DNA of 64,000 bases. It comes from Spirochaetota bacterium. GTDB taxonomy: Bacteria; Spirochaetota; UBA4802; UBA5550. The notes below the pieces were generated by a model. That model made no database searches. It was not told the origin of the DNA and saw only the letters and a program-made list of their open reading frames with translations. This document shows positions 30,239 to 40,557 of the stretch, piece by piece. The stretch is from positions 2,528,001-2,592,000 of the forward strand of contig OY760686.1 in the NCBI GenBank assembly GCA_963663865.1. Reading direction: 5' to 3'. Every line of letters begins with the position of its first letter. Positions within the stretch are counted from its first letter, which is position 1. Position numbers and translations under genes: made by a program.

Positions 30239-31780
30239 ATGTCAGGAACTAATCCAACAGAAAGCCCGGCTTCACTTGACAACAGCTCTAACAGATCAGA
30301 CCAGGATGAATTTGTATCAGCTGTGCTTAATGGAAAACAGGCTGCGTTCCGTTTTACGTTTCCAGGAGATACAGTTCTTTCCACGATTAACTCGTCTATT
30401 GCAAGGCTTCTCGCCAGGGACGACAAAGCCTTCCTGCTTGATACTGTAATTACCATTCTCCGTGAAATGATACTAAACGCCGTAAAAGCCAACGCTAAAC
30501 GTCAGTTCTTCGACAGACTCGACCTCGACATTAACGACAGCAGAATATACAACAGCGGCATGAGAATTTTCAAAGATTCAATCATCGGAGATCTGATTTC
30601 AATACGCGAGGAAATCGAAACAGCCCCATACAATGTAACACTCAGAATCAAAAAGGATGAGAGCGGTATAACTATTTCGGTAACAAATAATATCTCAATT
30701 CTTCCAGACGAACTTGACCGAATTCGTGAAAGGATTCAAAGCGGTATATCCAGCAGCGATTTCAATTCTTCATACGAAGAGGTTTATGACCCAACCGAAG
30801 GGGCCGGACTTGGAATACTCCTTATTATTCTTCTTTTGAGGAATGCAGGGATAAAGCCAAACAATTACACCATATTAAATAAGCAAAAAAGCTTCACCAG
30901 TCAAATAAAGATACCGGAAATTATACGCCCGGTTGAAATCCAGACTGAGATCAAAAAACAAATACTTCGAGACGTCGAGTTTCTTCCGGCCTTTCCGGAA
31001 AACATCCTCCAGATTCAGGCGCTATGCAATAACCCCGAATCAACTATTGACCAGATAGCCTCAAAAATTGTTATTGATCCCTCACTGACTGCGGACGTTC
31101 TAAGAATATCAAATTCAGCCGGGTTTATAACAGGCAAGCGTATTAAAAATATCAACGAAGCTATAATGCTAATAGGCCTCCGAAACCTTAATTCAATTCT
31201 TACTGCGGCCGCTGCGAGAAAAATACTGGATACTCGCTTTCGAAAGTTTGAACAGATATGGCAGCACTGCAACAAGGTTGCTTTCTATTCGCGGGGGCTT
31301 GCTGCGGCCCTTGGACTTAACGGAATAGTAGACCATGTTTTTATATCGGGCCTTCTCCACGATATCGGGAAAATAGTGCTTCTTTCGACGGACCAGACTC
31401 TCCTCAACAGGCTGTCTGAAATCGTAGCCGATAAAAAGATACGGTCCTCGACTATTCTTGAAGAAATCAGCATTGGTATAAGCCATTCTTCTATCGGGGC
31501 CCTAATAGCAAACAAGTGGAATTTTCCCGACTACCTTATTGACGCGATAAACTACCATCACAGCCCTCTCGATGCCGAAGAAAGCTATGCGCCCATCGTT
31601 GCGATAGTATATTCCGCCAATCTTTTCGCCGGTATTGAATCACGTAAATACGCTTTCACTTACATGGAAAATGAAATTCTTGACAGATACTTCCGTCCTC
31701 ATAATCATAAGCCTGAAGAACTGTTCGAAAAACTCAGATCTGCATACCTTAACCACGCTATAACGATTCAGGCCCTTTAG
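30239..31780 (+). CDS. HDOD-domain signalling protein with N-terminal GHKL/HATPase-like domain
   Basis: N-box REMILNAVKAN and G-box EGAGLG; HDOD LPAFP, DPSLTADVLRISNSA, GLLHDIGK, KWNFP, YHH; start uncertain (30227/30239). Confidence 0.85.
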   Translation: MSGTNPTESPASLDNSSNRSDQDEFVSAVLNGKQAAFRFTFPGDTVLSTINSSIARLLARDDKAFLLDTVITILREMILNAVKANAKRQFFDRLDLDINDSRIYNSGMRIFKDSIIGDLISIREEIETAPYNVTLRIKKDESGITISVTNNISILPDELDRIRERIQSGISSSDFNSSYEEVYDPTEGAGLGILLIILLLRNAGIKPNNYTILNKQKSFTSQIKIPEIIRPVEIQTEIKKQILRDVEFLPAFPENILQIQALCNNPESTIDQIASKIVIDPSLTADVLRISNSAGFITGKRIKNINEAIMLIGLRNLNSILTAAAARKILDTRFRKFEQIWQHCNKVAFYSRGLAAALGLNGIVDHVFISGLLHDIGKIVLLSTDQTLLNRLSEIVADKKIRSSTILEEISIGISHSSIGALIANKWNFPDYLIDAINYHHSPLDAEESYAPIVAIVYSANLFAGIESRKYAFTYMENEILDRYFRPHNHKPEELFEKLRSAYLNHAITIQAL

Positions 31781-31798
31781 CTTTTTTCCGGAGCTCTT

Positions 31799-33499
31799 AT
31801 GAATAAACTCTACTTAATTGAAACAAGAAGCGGGCATAAAACGGCTGTTGTTCGGGGCTTCCGCCTCCACTCAGCCTACGACCCGGTCAAAGAAGCGCAG
31901 CGTGCTACAGACTCGTTCGATCCAGGAAGATCGTCAATTATTCTCGTATCCGGCGCAGGACTGGGATTCCATGTAAGCGCCCTTAAAAACAGGTTTCCTC
32001 AGCACATCATAGCAGTAAGCGAAGCCGACAGCAACCTGCTCAAAACAGCGCTGGAACTCTACCCGGAATACTTTTCCGGCTGCTCGCTTATAACCTCTCC
32101 TCAAAATGCCGCTGAATTTATTGAATCCATAGATCTGAAGCATTTTAAAGGAATTTCACACTACAGCCACAGGCCTTCCTTCCAGCTTGATCCGGATTTT
32201 TACAGAGAAATCATAGAAACAGCAAAAAATTCTTCTTCTTCAAAAATCAGCGATATGCTCACACGCTTCGAATTCGAAGAACGCTGGGTCTCAAATATAT
32301 TCCGCAACATCCCCTATCTCTTAACATCCTCAAGGATTTCACAGCTCTTTGGAGCGTTTAAGGGTATACCTGGAATCATAGTATCTGCAGGCCCGTCGCT
32401 GAGAAAGAATGTGCACCAGCTTAAAAAACTCAGAGACCGGGCACTGATACTCTGTGTTGATACTGCTCTCCCTGTTCTTAAGAAGTGTGGAGTTGAACCC
32501 CATATAGTAATGACACTTGACGCCCAGAAACACAGCCACAGGCATTTTAGCGGCATTGACACATCAGGGATAAATCTTCTTGCTGACATGGTCAGCTGCA
32601 CCCCGGTAATCCGAGACTTCACGGGAGGCATAATAATCAGCACAACCTCAAAATACTACACCGATACCGCTGGAGCAACGCATAGAGAAACAACACCGGC
32701 GATTGACTGGGTGGAAAACTTTGCCGGCCCAATCGGCGACATACAATCAGGCGGATCAGTCGCAACAAGCGCCTTTGATGCTCTCCTTAACATGGGATGC
32801 AGCTCCATTATATTAGTCGGCCAGGATTTGGCCTATACAGGACGTGAAATACATTCGAGCGGAACATATCACAACGACGGGTGGCTCCCGGCCTGTACAA
32901 GGCTTAACAACCTCGACACCATCAATCAGCAGGTTATTCGAAAAAGAAAGATATTCCGGACAGACTCGGTCGGAAATTCCGGGACAGTTATAACAGATTT
33001 CGTACTCAACCTGTACAAGGGCTGGTTCGAGGATTCATCAGCTAAAACAGGCATAGACGTTATCAACTCGACTGAAGGCGGAGCCAGGATAAGAAACACT
33101 ATTGAGAAACCCCTCGCTGAAATAGCCGGGCAACTTCCAAAGCCTCTTAACAAACCTGAAGACATTATCCGAATGAAGCTTCAGATTAAAGCCGAAGGAT
33201 GTGTAGATTCCGCCAAAATCGCTGTTAGCGCCTCCATCAGGTCACTGGAAAAGCTGAATATAATCGCGGACAGCTCCAATTATTTCTCTGAGCTGAAGGA
33301 AAAAACGGACTCTTTTGCTAAACAATCCGGAATAGCGCCCCTCCTGGGTCCCTACCTCAGAAAAGCTGACATGCATATCAGCAGGCGCGAAATTCCCGAC
33401 GCTGAAGCTTTTAAGATGCTTAAAAATGAAATACTGAGGGCAACTGGAATACTCCGCCGACTGCTGACCGACTGCAGTAAAACACTGAACAAAATCTGA
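31799..33499 (+). CDS. Motility-associated factor (Maf/DUF115, MptE-like) glycosyltransferase family protein
   Basis: LHSAYDP..EA, IVSAGPSL, GGSVAT, ILVGQDLAY, INSTEGGA. Confidence 0.85.
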   Translation: MNKLYLIETRSGHKTAVVRGFRLHSAYDPVKEAQRATDSFDPGRSSIILVSGAGLGFHVSALKNRFPQHIIAVSEADSNLLKTALELYPEYFSGCSLITSPQNAAEFIESIDLKHFKGISHYSHRPSFQLDPDFYREIIETAKNSSSSKISDMLTRFEFEERWVSNIFRNIPYLLTSSRISQLFGAFKGIPGIIVSAGPSLRKNVHQLKKLRDRALILCVDTALPVLKKCGVEPHIVMTLDAQKHSHRHFSGIDTSGINLLADMVSCTPVIRDFTGGIIISTTSKYYTDTAGATHRETTPAIDWVENFAGPIGDIQSGGSVATSAFDALLNMGCSSIILVGQDLAYTGREIHSSGTYHNDGWLPACTRLNNLDTINQQVIRKRKIFRTDSVGNSGTVITDFVLNLYKGWFEDSSAKTGIDVINSTEGGARIRNTIEKPLAEIAGQLPKPLNKPEDIIRMKLQIKAEGCVDSAKIAVSASIRSLEKLNIIADSSNYFSELKEKTDSFAKQSGIAPLLGPYLRKADMHISRREIPDAEAFKMLKNEILRATGILRRLLTDCSKTLNKI

Positions 33500-33569
33500 T
33501 CAAAAAACCAGCCGTGACAGCAGGTTTTTGCCGATAATATAGAATAAAATCTTCAGGAATTTGCCCTCT

Positions 33570-34400
33570 ATGAAAAAATATATTATTTTCCAGTTGATAG
33601 TGTTGACCGCTTTCCTGTACGCCGGGGCCTCTGAAAAGGAAGTGGACGGCGCCCGCTGGAGCGAATACAAAATCCGGGTAATCGGAGAATCGCATATCAG
33701 GGTCAACAGCGATGGGCGGCCTATTGATGAACTTAGCGGTGAGCCGATTTCGCTTAATGAATCCAGGATACAGGCCCGAAAAAGAGCAAGGCTCATTGCG
33801 GTTGAAAAAATATCCCGCCTTCTGGGAAAACTCACAATTGAAAACGGCAAAACAATAAACACAGTCCTTGATGAAGACATGCAGACAAAAAACAAAATTG
33901 CGATGATGCTTAAAAATGAAGTCTCATACAGGGAATCTCCTGCAGGCTTCAGCGCCAGCCATTGCATTGCTGAACTCTCTATGGGAAGCATACTTCAATC
34001 GCTTCCTCTCACTTACCCTGAAGACAGCTTCCCGGTGCCTTCCGCCATTCCAATTGCAACCGCGTATACATCGCTGATAATCGACGCCAGAGGGCTCGAA
34101 GTTACACCGATGCTTTCTCCCGCTGTTTACGCGGCAGACGGACTTGAGATATATAACCGATACTTTGTTGACCCGGCATTCGCTGTCAGGACAGGAATCG
34201 CGGCGTATGTACAGACAGAAAAAGAAGCATTGAAACATCCGAAAGCGGGAAGCCATCCGCTCATTACAGCGGCAATCGGAAATGTGAAAAGCAATCCGAT
34301 CATCTCGACAAGGGATATAAGAAGAATACTCAGTTCTCCGGGAAATATTATGGAACTAAAAAAATGTCGCGTGATATTCATTGTAGACAGGGTGGACTAA
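33570..34400 (+). CDS. Secreted hypothetical protein (LPP20/FlgP-like conserved family)
   Basis: Signal peptide; YTSLIIDARGL..PMLSP..Y..G..IY motif; CRVIFIVD end. Confidence 0.5.
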   Translation: MKKYIIFQLIVLTAFLYAGASEKEVDGARWSEYKIRVIGESHIRVNSDGRPIDELSGEPISLNESRIQARKRARLIAVEKISRLLGKLTIENGKTINTVLDEDMQTKNKIAMMLKNEVSYRESPAGFSASHCIAELSMGSILQSLPLTYPEDSFPVPSAIPIATAYTSLIIDARGLEVTPMLSPAVYAADGLEIYNRYFVDPAFAVRTGIAAYVQTEKEALKHPKAGSHPLITAAIGNVKSNPIISTRDIRRILSSPGNIMELKKCRVIFIVDRVD

Positions 34401-34401
34401 T

Positions 34402-35043
34402 ATGAAAGTAATATCCGTAATAATTTCGTCCCTTCTGGGGAGCATAAACAATTCAATTGTGAACATGGACCGAAAAACCCGCCAGTCAATACGCCAGGGT
34501 TTCTTTTTCGGCATCTTTGTTCTTTCCGTTGGTGGTATTATTCTTGGGGTATTGTCAGGCAAAGAGGCTGCTTCGATCAAGGGGACTCCACTTGCCGAAA
34601 CAATGCGAGATACATTCGAATACACTGAAAGCCGTTCCAAAGCAGAGGGCAACTTCGGCGCCATGCTGGAAGGCAGGCTAATGAGTGAGTCCGCGTACAG
34701 GGAAATCGACAGAACCCGGTGGAAGACCAGAGAAGCCGCTGAAATGACTTTCAGCGACAAACCAGCTGAGCCGGCCTCATCCACCCCCCGGAACAACACG
34801 CCAATGAACTCATATGACGAAATAATCGAAGGTAAATATAGACCGGAGAAAAAAGCCGCGCCTGTCAATAAAGTAAACAGAAAAGAAAACACCGCCCCCC
34901 TTGCGGAGCCGATTATACCCGGAGAGAAAAGAGCACAAGAAAGAATTGACAAAGACAGGGTAAGAAGCTTAAAAAGAGACGGTGAATCCGGCACAAAAGT
35001 CCCATCTCAAATATTTGAAGATAAAGGTATAATAAGCAATTGA
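34402..35043 (+). CDS. Hypothetical single-pass membrane protein
   Basis: One TM helix (GFFFGIFVLSVGGIILG) and charged low-complexity C-terminus; lies in operon. Confidence 0.65.
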   Translation: MKVISVIISSLLGSINNSIVNMDRKTRQSIRQGFFFGIFVLSVGGIILGVLSGKEAASIKGTPLAETMRDTFEYTESRSKAEGNFGAMLEGRLMSESAYREIDRTRWKTREAAEMTFSDKPAEPASSTPRNNTPMNSYDEIIEGKYRPEKKAAPVNKVNRKENTAPLAEPIIPGEKRAQERIDKDRVRSLKRDGESGTKVPSQIFEDKGIISN

Positions 35044-35942
35044 GATTTATACTTATTGTTATTCCCTTTTTTGTAGCTGCTGTTTCTGTTTTTGGTGAAA
35101 CACGAAACTACAAAAAGACTGAGGATGTAATCAACCGCATTCTTGACAGAACTGATGCTGTACAGGAAAAGTCTCAAACAGAAGGTGTACAGCAAAAAGA
35201 TTTGCCTGAACAGGTTAATGGTGATTCTGATGATTCCGAGGAAGAGAGCAAACCGGAACAGTCAGCTCCCAAAAGTGCCCGTGGAAGGTCAGGACCCTCA
35301 GCGGCAGAGACGGCTCTGCTAAAAAACGGCATCGAATTCTATGAAAGCGGCCTCTTCGATAATTCGCTAAAGGCCTTTGATGAGCTTCTGACCAATTACC
35401 CGTTAAGTTCTTACGCGGACAGCGCCAGAATATGGCGCGGTAAAATCCATATCAGAAAGCATTCCTATGACAGGGCATTAAGTGAATTTGCCCTTATTCC
35501 TGAAAACTCAGGAGAATACCCGGCTTCGCTTTTTAATACAGCCGAGGCTTTTGCCTTTCAGAAGAATATTCCTGAAGCTATTTCTTCTTATCAAAAAGTA
35601 GCTCTTCTTTTCCCTTCTCATGAACTCGCTGACAGAGCGCTTCTCGAAGCGGCTAATCTCTATCTAAATTCAGGCATGGGAGAAAAATCTGTTGAAACGC
35701 TTGCAAAGATTATAAAGCATTACCCTTCGAGGCACACCATTGATGATGCCTACTACCATCTTGCAAGGGTCTATGAGCGTGATCCATCAATGCGCGATAT
35801 TGAAACCGCAAGAGCTCTCTACACGGTTTTCCTCAAAAAAGCAAAAAATGGCGATAAGTTCTTTTCAAATTCGCCGCTTATTGATAAAGTCACCAACGAT
35901 CTTGGCAGAATTAATAAAATCTATTTCAAATTTGAGAATTAA
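35040..35942 (+). CDS. TPR protein (BamD/CpoB-like repeats)
   Basis: Signal peptide; F..LL..YP.S..A..A repeats; ATGA overlap. Confidence 0.75.
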   Translation: MRFILIVIPFFVAAVSVFGETRNYKKTEDVINRILDRTDAVQEKSQTEGVQQKDLPEQVNGDSDDSEEESKPEQSAPKSARGRSGPSAAETALLKNGIEFYESGLFDNSLKAFDELLTNYPLSSYADSARIWRGKIHIRKHSYDRALSEFALIPENSGEYPASLFNTAEAFAFQKNIPEAISSYQKVALLFPSHELADRALLEAANLYLNSGMGEKSVETLAKIIKHYPSRHTIDDAYYHLARVYERDPSMRDIETARALYTVFLKKAKNGDKFFSNSPLIDKVTNDLGRINKIYFKFEN

Positions 35943-36002
35943 CCAGTCTTATACGGCATAATCAGGGACTTTCCAATTCTCTTTACAACCGCGGGGTAAA
36001 AC

Positions 36003-36473
36003 ATGGCAAGCAAAGATAAGGAAAAAATCGTAAACCTTTACAGGGACACCGGACTGACTTCCAACATGGAAGACTATATGGAAGCTATAACCATGCTCGC
36101 TGACAAAAACAAGGTAGTCAGGGTAAAGGATATAGCAAAAAAACTCGACATCAAAATGCCGAGTGTAACTGCGGCGCTTCTAAAGCTCAAGGAGATGAAG
36201 CTCATTGAATATGAGAAATACGGATATATAGAACTGACCAATGAAGGCAAAGACATTGCGGACAGAGTTTACAATAAGCACCACTGTCTTTCGCTCTTTT
36301 TCAAGGAGATTCTGTGTCTCAACCACGAGGACTCCGACACCGAAGCTTGTAAAGTTGAGCACGCTCTTGCGGAAAACACATGCGTTCAGCTTCATAAATT
36401 CGTTGAGTTCTTCCTTGAATCAAAGGAAGCTGACGACCCTTGGATAAAAAAACTCTTTAAACGACTTAAATAA
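36003..36473 (+). CDS. DtxR/MntR family metal-dependent transcriptional regulator
   Basis: MEDYMEAI, VRVKDIAKKL..PSVT, LT.EG..A..KH, EACKVEH. Confidence 0.92.
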   Translation: MASKDKEKIVNLYRDTGLTSNMEDYMEAITMLADKNKVVRVKDIAKKLDIKMPSVTAALLKLKEMKLIEYEKYGYIELTNEGKDIADRVYNKHHCLSLFFKEILCLNHEDSDTEACKVEHALAENTCVQLHKFVEFFLESKEADDPWIKKLFKRLK

Positions 36474-36476
36474 AAT

Positions 36477-36515
36477 AAAAAAGGGGCTTCCGTAAACAAC
36501 GGCAGCCCCTTTTTT
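36477..36515. terminator. Bidirectional terminator
   Basis: AAAAAAGGGGCT..AGCCCCTTTTTT between convergent mntR-like gene and fusA. Confidence 0.85.
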
Positions 36516-36538
36516 CAATGTGCAGATATAAATCTAAT

Positions 36539-38620
36539 CTATCGGGCTTCGCCTGCCCTTCTCTTTTCCTGGTATTCCTTAAGCACCTTCTCCTGAATGT
36601 CCCTTGGAGCAGGGCTGTAGTTGAAAAACTCCATCGAATAGTTTGCCCTTCCGCTTGATATGTTTCTCAGCTGTGTGGAATATCCGAACATCTCCATGAG
36701 CGGAACAGTTCCGTTCAGCTTCTGAGCTCCCTTTCGGAATCTTCTCATCTCTGAAATCTTTCCGCGCCTCTTGTTGAGGTCACCGACAACATCTCCAATA
36801 TAATCATCCGGAGTGTTAACTTCAATCTTCATGATAGGCTCAAGCAGAGTCGGAGTCGCCTTCATAAACGCTTCTTTGAAACAGATTGAAGCACAGGTAC
36901 GGAAAGCCATATCAGAGGAGTCAACCTCGTGATAAGAACCATCAAGAAGGGTTACCCTTATATCAAGTATCGGGAACCCGGCTATAATACCCTCTTCCAT
37001 TGTCTTGACAATTCCCTTCTCAACAGATGGAATAAACTCATTAGGAATAGCTCCGCCCTTGATATGGTTAACAAACTCAAATCCTTTTCCGTCGTTTGGC
37101 TCAATTCTGATAACTGTGTGAGCGTATTGTCCTTTTCCACCAGTCTGTTTTGAGTGTTTGTAGTTGTTTTCGCACTCGCTCTGTATTGTTTCCCTGAATG
37201 CAACGGAAGGCTCGCCCACAACCGCTTCTACACCAAACTCTTCTTTTAGACGGTCTATGATGATCTCAAGGTGAAGCTCACCCATTCCTGAAATAATAGT
37301 CTCATTAGTCTCCTCATCCTGCCTTACATTAAAGGACGGATCCTCCATAGCCAGCTTTCTGAGAGCAAGACCGAGCTTCTCTTCCTCTTTCTTGGTCGTA
37401 GGAGAGACTTTAAGCTCAATAACCGTCGGTGGAATAAAGATGTTTTCAAGTACCAGCGGCGACTTTTCGTCACAAAGAGTGTCACCAGTCTTTGTCGATT
37501 TCATCCCGATCAGTGCAACAATATCACCCGGACCTGCGACTTCAAGCTCTTCTCTTTCCTTGGCGCGAACCCTCATAATCCGTCCAATACGCTCAGGCTT
37601 GTCTCTTGTTGAGTTAAGAACCTGCATACCGCTTCTCAGCTCGCCGGAATATACCCTTATGAAAGTCTGCTGTCCTACATAGGGATCGTGGATTAGTTTG
37701 AAAGCAAGAGCGGCAAACGGATCCTTTGCTGAAGGATGTCTCGTATGAGTCTTTTCAGGATCATCAACATCTGTTCCTACAACTGCTCCAATATCGAGAG
37801 GCGAAGGAAGATATGCTACAACAGCATCAAGCAGAGAGTGAACTCCCTTGTTCTTATATGCAGATCCGCAGAAAACAGGGGTGATATTTATGGCAAGAAC
37901 AGCTTCCCGAGCTGCTCTGACGATAAGCTCTTCCGGCACTTCCTGTCCCTCAATATAGAGTTCCATAATCTCATCGTTAAACTCACCAAGCTTTTCGATA
38001 AGGTTTACCCGTGCCTTCTCTGCCTTTTCTTTATATTCAGCGGGAATTTCCCCTACAATTCTCTTCTCGTCTTCAAAAGTCACAGCCTGCATTTTAATCA
38101 GGTCTACATGTCCCTTAAACTCATCCTCTGCACCAATCGGATATACGAATGGAACCGGATTAGCGTCAAGGTACTTCTCCATCGTGTCTACAGCCTCGAA
38201 GAAGTCAGCGCCCACCCTGTCCATCTTATTGATGAACGCAATTCGGGGAACCTTGTACCTGTCTGCCTGATTCCATACGGTTTCACTCTGAGGCTGTACA
38301 CCAGCCACAGCGCAAAATACGGCTACAACACCGTCAAGGACCCTCAGCGACCTTTCAACCTCTACGGTAAAGTCAACGTGTCCCGGTGTATCAATGATAT
38401 TAATCGTATGTCCTTCCCACGCGCAGGTTATAGCTGCTGAGGCAATTGTAATTCCCCTTTCCTGCTCCTGTTTCATGAAGTCCATTGTTGCCTGACCATC
38501 GTGAACCTCGCCGAGCTTGCGGGTCGTTCCGGAAAAATACAGTATTCTTTCTGTACATGTGGTCTTACCGGCATCGATGTGGGCCGCAATACCAATATTG
38601 CGAAGTTTCTGTAAAGACAT
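36539..38620 (-). CDS. fusA: Elongation factor G (standalone paralog)
   Basis: [50 protein letters not shown]. Confidence 0.96.
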   Translation of the reverse strand: MSLQKLRNIGIAAHIDAGKTTCTERILYFSGTTRKLGEVHDGQATMDFMKQEQERGITIASAAITCAWEGHTINIIDTPGHVDFTVEVERSLRVLDGVVAVFCAVAGVQPQSETVWNQADRYKVPRIAFINKMDRVGADFFEAVDTMEKYLDANPVPFVYPIGAEDEFKGHVDLIKMQAVTFEDEKRIVGEIPAEYKEKAEKARVNLIEKLGEFNDEIMELYIEGQEVPEELIVRAAREAVLAINITPVFCGSAYKNKGVHSLLDAVVAYLPSPLDIGAVVGTDVDDPEKTHTRHPSAKDPFAALAFKLIHDPYVGQQTFIRVYSGELRSGMQVLNSTRDKPERIGRIMRVRAKEREELEVAGPGDIVALIGMKSTKTGDTLCDEKSPLVLENIFIPPTVIELKVSPTTKKEEEKLGLALRKLAMEDPSFNVRQDEETNETIISGMGELHLEIIIDRLKEEFGVEAVVGEPSVAFRETIQSECENNYKHSKQTGGKGQYAHTVIRIEPNDGKGFEFVNHIKGGAIPNEFIPSVEKGIVKTMEEGIIAGFPILDIRVTLLDGSYHEVDSSDMAFRTCASICFKEAFMKATPTLLEPIMKIEVNTPDDYIGDVVGDLNKRRGKISEMRRFRKGAQKLNGTVPLMEMFGYSTQLRNISSGRANYSMEFFNYSPAPRDIQEKVLKEYQEKRRAGEAR

Positions 38621-38795
38621 CTCATTCCCCCGTGTAAATGTGTTATTTCATTATATTCAAATTTTATTCTAAAACATGCGGCTTTTAACCGGATTGACGG
38701 CAGGAATAACTGCCGGTATTTTTGGCATCTTCATTGCGGGTTGTACATGTGTCAATTTTTTTTTACTATTATTATAAAGCTTTATTGTAGACTCA

Positions 38796-39275
38796 TTACT
38801 TCATTATCGCTGCAAGCTGAAGCTGAACCGAGGCCTTTGAAGAATAAGCTGAGGCCGGGTACTCCTTTATGATTCTGTTAAAAATAACCTCAGCTTCAGA
38901 CTCATAGCCCATCTTTCTGTACATCATCCCGGCATGAAAATAGGCCTCAACACCTGCTTCTGATGTACTGAATTCCTCAAAATGTCTCAGCATCATCTCG
39001 ACTGCCCTTTCGTACTGATATTCTGACGAGTATATACCGGCAAGCCTGGTGAAAGCCTCGCTCCTGTGGTTTCCATGGGGAAATATTTCGAGATATTCAT
39101 GCAGCTCCTGCATGGCCTTATCCTCAAATCCGAGTTTTATAAACTGTTCGGCATTTTCAAACTTAAGATTATCAGCTATCATCTCAAGATTGGGCTGGAT
39201 ATCGTCCTCCGCATAGGCGTTGACAACCGCGAAGAAACATGCAATGATAAATGCGCAGCCGTAAAATGCTTTCAT
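38796..39275 (-). CDS. Secreted TPR protein
   Basis: Signal peptide; YLEIFPHG..EA and IIKEYPAS..A TPR motifs; GGAGG RBS. Confidence 0.75.
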   Translation of the reverse strand: MKAFYGCAFIIACFFAVVNAYAEDDIQPNLEMIADNLKFENAEQFIKLGFEDKAMQELHEYLEIFPHGNHRSEAFTRLAGIYSSEYQYERAVEMMLRHFEEFSTSEAGVEAYFHAGMMYRKMGYESEAEVIFNRIIKEYPASAYSSKASVQLQLAAIMK

Positions 39276-39304
39276 AATCTCCTCCGATAATATGTCACAT
39301 TAGA

Positions 39305-39331
39305 TTATCGAAAAAACACCTGTTTACTTTA
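39305..39331 (-). promoter_or_regulatory. Putative sigma-28 (FliA) promoter
   Basis: Minus strand TAAAGTAA-N11-TTCGATAA (TAAA-N15-xxCGATAA) about 30 bp upstream of the TPR gene. Confidence 0.45.
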
Positions 39332-39423
39332 GCTTTTTCTTTAGCGCAAACGCCCGTTCCATTCGGGCATTTCCGCTAAAGAATAATTTACTGAAGAGGT
39401 AATTTTATACTGCAGGAATCAGG

Positions 39424-40071
39424 TCACAGCGCCCCGGCTACAGCTCCGGCAGCAAGTACAAAGTGTATAAGGGCGCCGGCGAGAATAAAAATGTGAAATA
39501 CGCCATGGGCTCCAATGGTTTCAGGCAAAATATCCGGTTTTTTCAACATATACATTATTGCACCAACCGTGTAAGCCGCACCGCCCCCAAAAAGCATCCA
39601 CAGCTGACCGACAGTCATGGTCTCCTTAAATTGGCCTATTGGAAGAAGCGCCATCCACCCCATTAAAAGATATATAACTGTTGAAAACACCCTTGGCGCC
39701 GAGAGCAGGAAGAGCTTAAAAAACAGCCCCAGGATAACCAGCGACCATTGTGCTGTAATTATGCCTGCGCGCCATCCACCGCTCAAAAAAATATACGACA
39801 GAACAGTATATGTACCCGCGATCATAAAAAATATTGCCAGATGATCAATCTTCCTCCAGATAGAATTCTCATTCTCCGACTTTTTATGCGCGTGATAATA
39901 AGCGCTCGCCGTAAAAAGAAAAACAAAAGAAAGTCCGTAAACCGCAGAAACTGCAAACAAACCGGCATTTCCATGCGAAATATACAAGAGACAGATGAGT
40001 CCGGCCATACCAAAAAGGGCTCCGGCGCAATGACTTAATGACGAGAAACGCTCTTTATTATCCAGTGCCAT
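39424..40071 (-). CDS. Hemolysin III / PAQR family membrane protein (TrhA-like)
   Basis: E..S.SH, SAYYH, KIDHLAIFFMIAGTYT, YLLMGW, HGVFHIF. Confidence 0.92.
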   Translation of the reverse strand: MALDNKERFSSLSHCAGALFGMAGLICLLYISHGNAGLFAVSAVYGLSFVFLFTASAYYHAHKKSENENSIWRKIDHLAIFFMIAGTYTVLSYIFLSGGWRAGIITAQWSLVILGLFFKLFLLSAPRVFSTVIYLLMGWMALLPIGQFKETMTVGQLWMLFGGGAAYTVGAIMYMLKKPDILPETIGAHGVFHIFILAGALIHFVLAAGAVAGAL

Positions 40072-40260
40072 AAATACTCCATAGAAAAATATTATCCCTT
40101 CGATTCGGCGGGATTAACTATACGTAATCTTACAAAGCTATTGACACACATTCACACTGACAGGTTGCATTTTTACTTTTTTTATTGATTAGCCCCTCTT
40201 TGAAACCGAAATTGTTAAGAGGCACTGTTAAATCAACAGGCCGGCACAGGGGGATGCTTT

Positions 40261-40557
40261 ATGAACACAATCGCAGAACTGTCAATCTTTCCAATCGGAC
40301 AGGGGGAAAGCGTAAGCCCTTTCGTTGCAGAGGCAGTAAAGTTTATTTCAAAATCGGGATTAAAATACGAAACAAACCCTATGGGAACCTGCATTGAGGG
40401 TGAGCTCTACGAAGTGATGAATGTAGTCACGGGATGCTTTGAATCGATGAAAAAACACAGTAAAAGAATATATATGCTTCTCAAGATTGACTACAGGGCA
40501 GACAGAACATTACCCATGTCGTCTAAAATACAATCAGTCTCGGAGAAGCTTACATGA
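40261..40557 (+). CDS. MTH1187/YkoF family thiamine-binding protein
   Basis: AELSIFPIG..SVSPFVA, SGL.Y...PMGT.IEG, KIDYR, KI.SV. Confidence 0.9.
   Translation: MNTIAELSIFPIGQGESVSPFVAEAVKFISKSGLKYETNPMGTCIEGELYEVMNVVTGCFESMKKHSKRIYMLLKIDYRADRTLPMSSKIQSVSEKLT

Noticed and set aside
33530-33537. GCCGATAA sigma-28 -10 element upstream of the 33570 gene
   Set aside because: No TAAA -35 at the required 15-bp spacing, and it overlaps a terminator-like hairpin; the same problem applies to TCCGATAA at 46738-46745
37736-38440. 234-aa + strand ORF (and similar long antisense ORFs inside pyrG, fprA, uvrA and smc)
   Set aside because: Shadow frames opposite well-conserved genes, with no recognisable motifs or RBS
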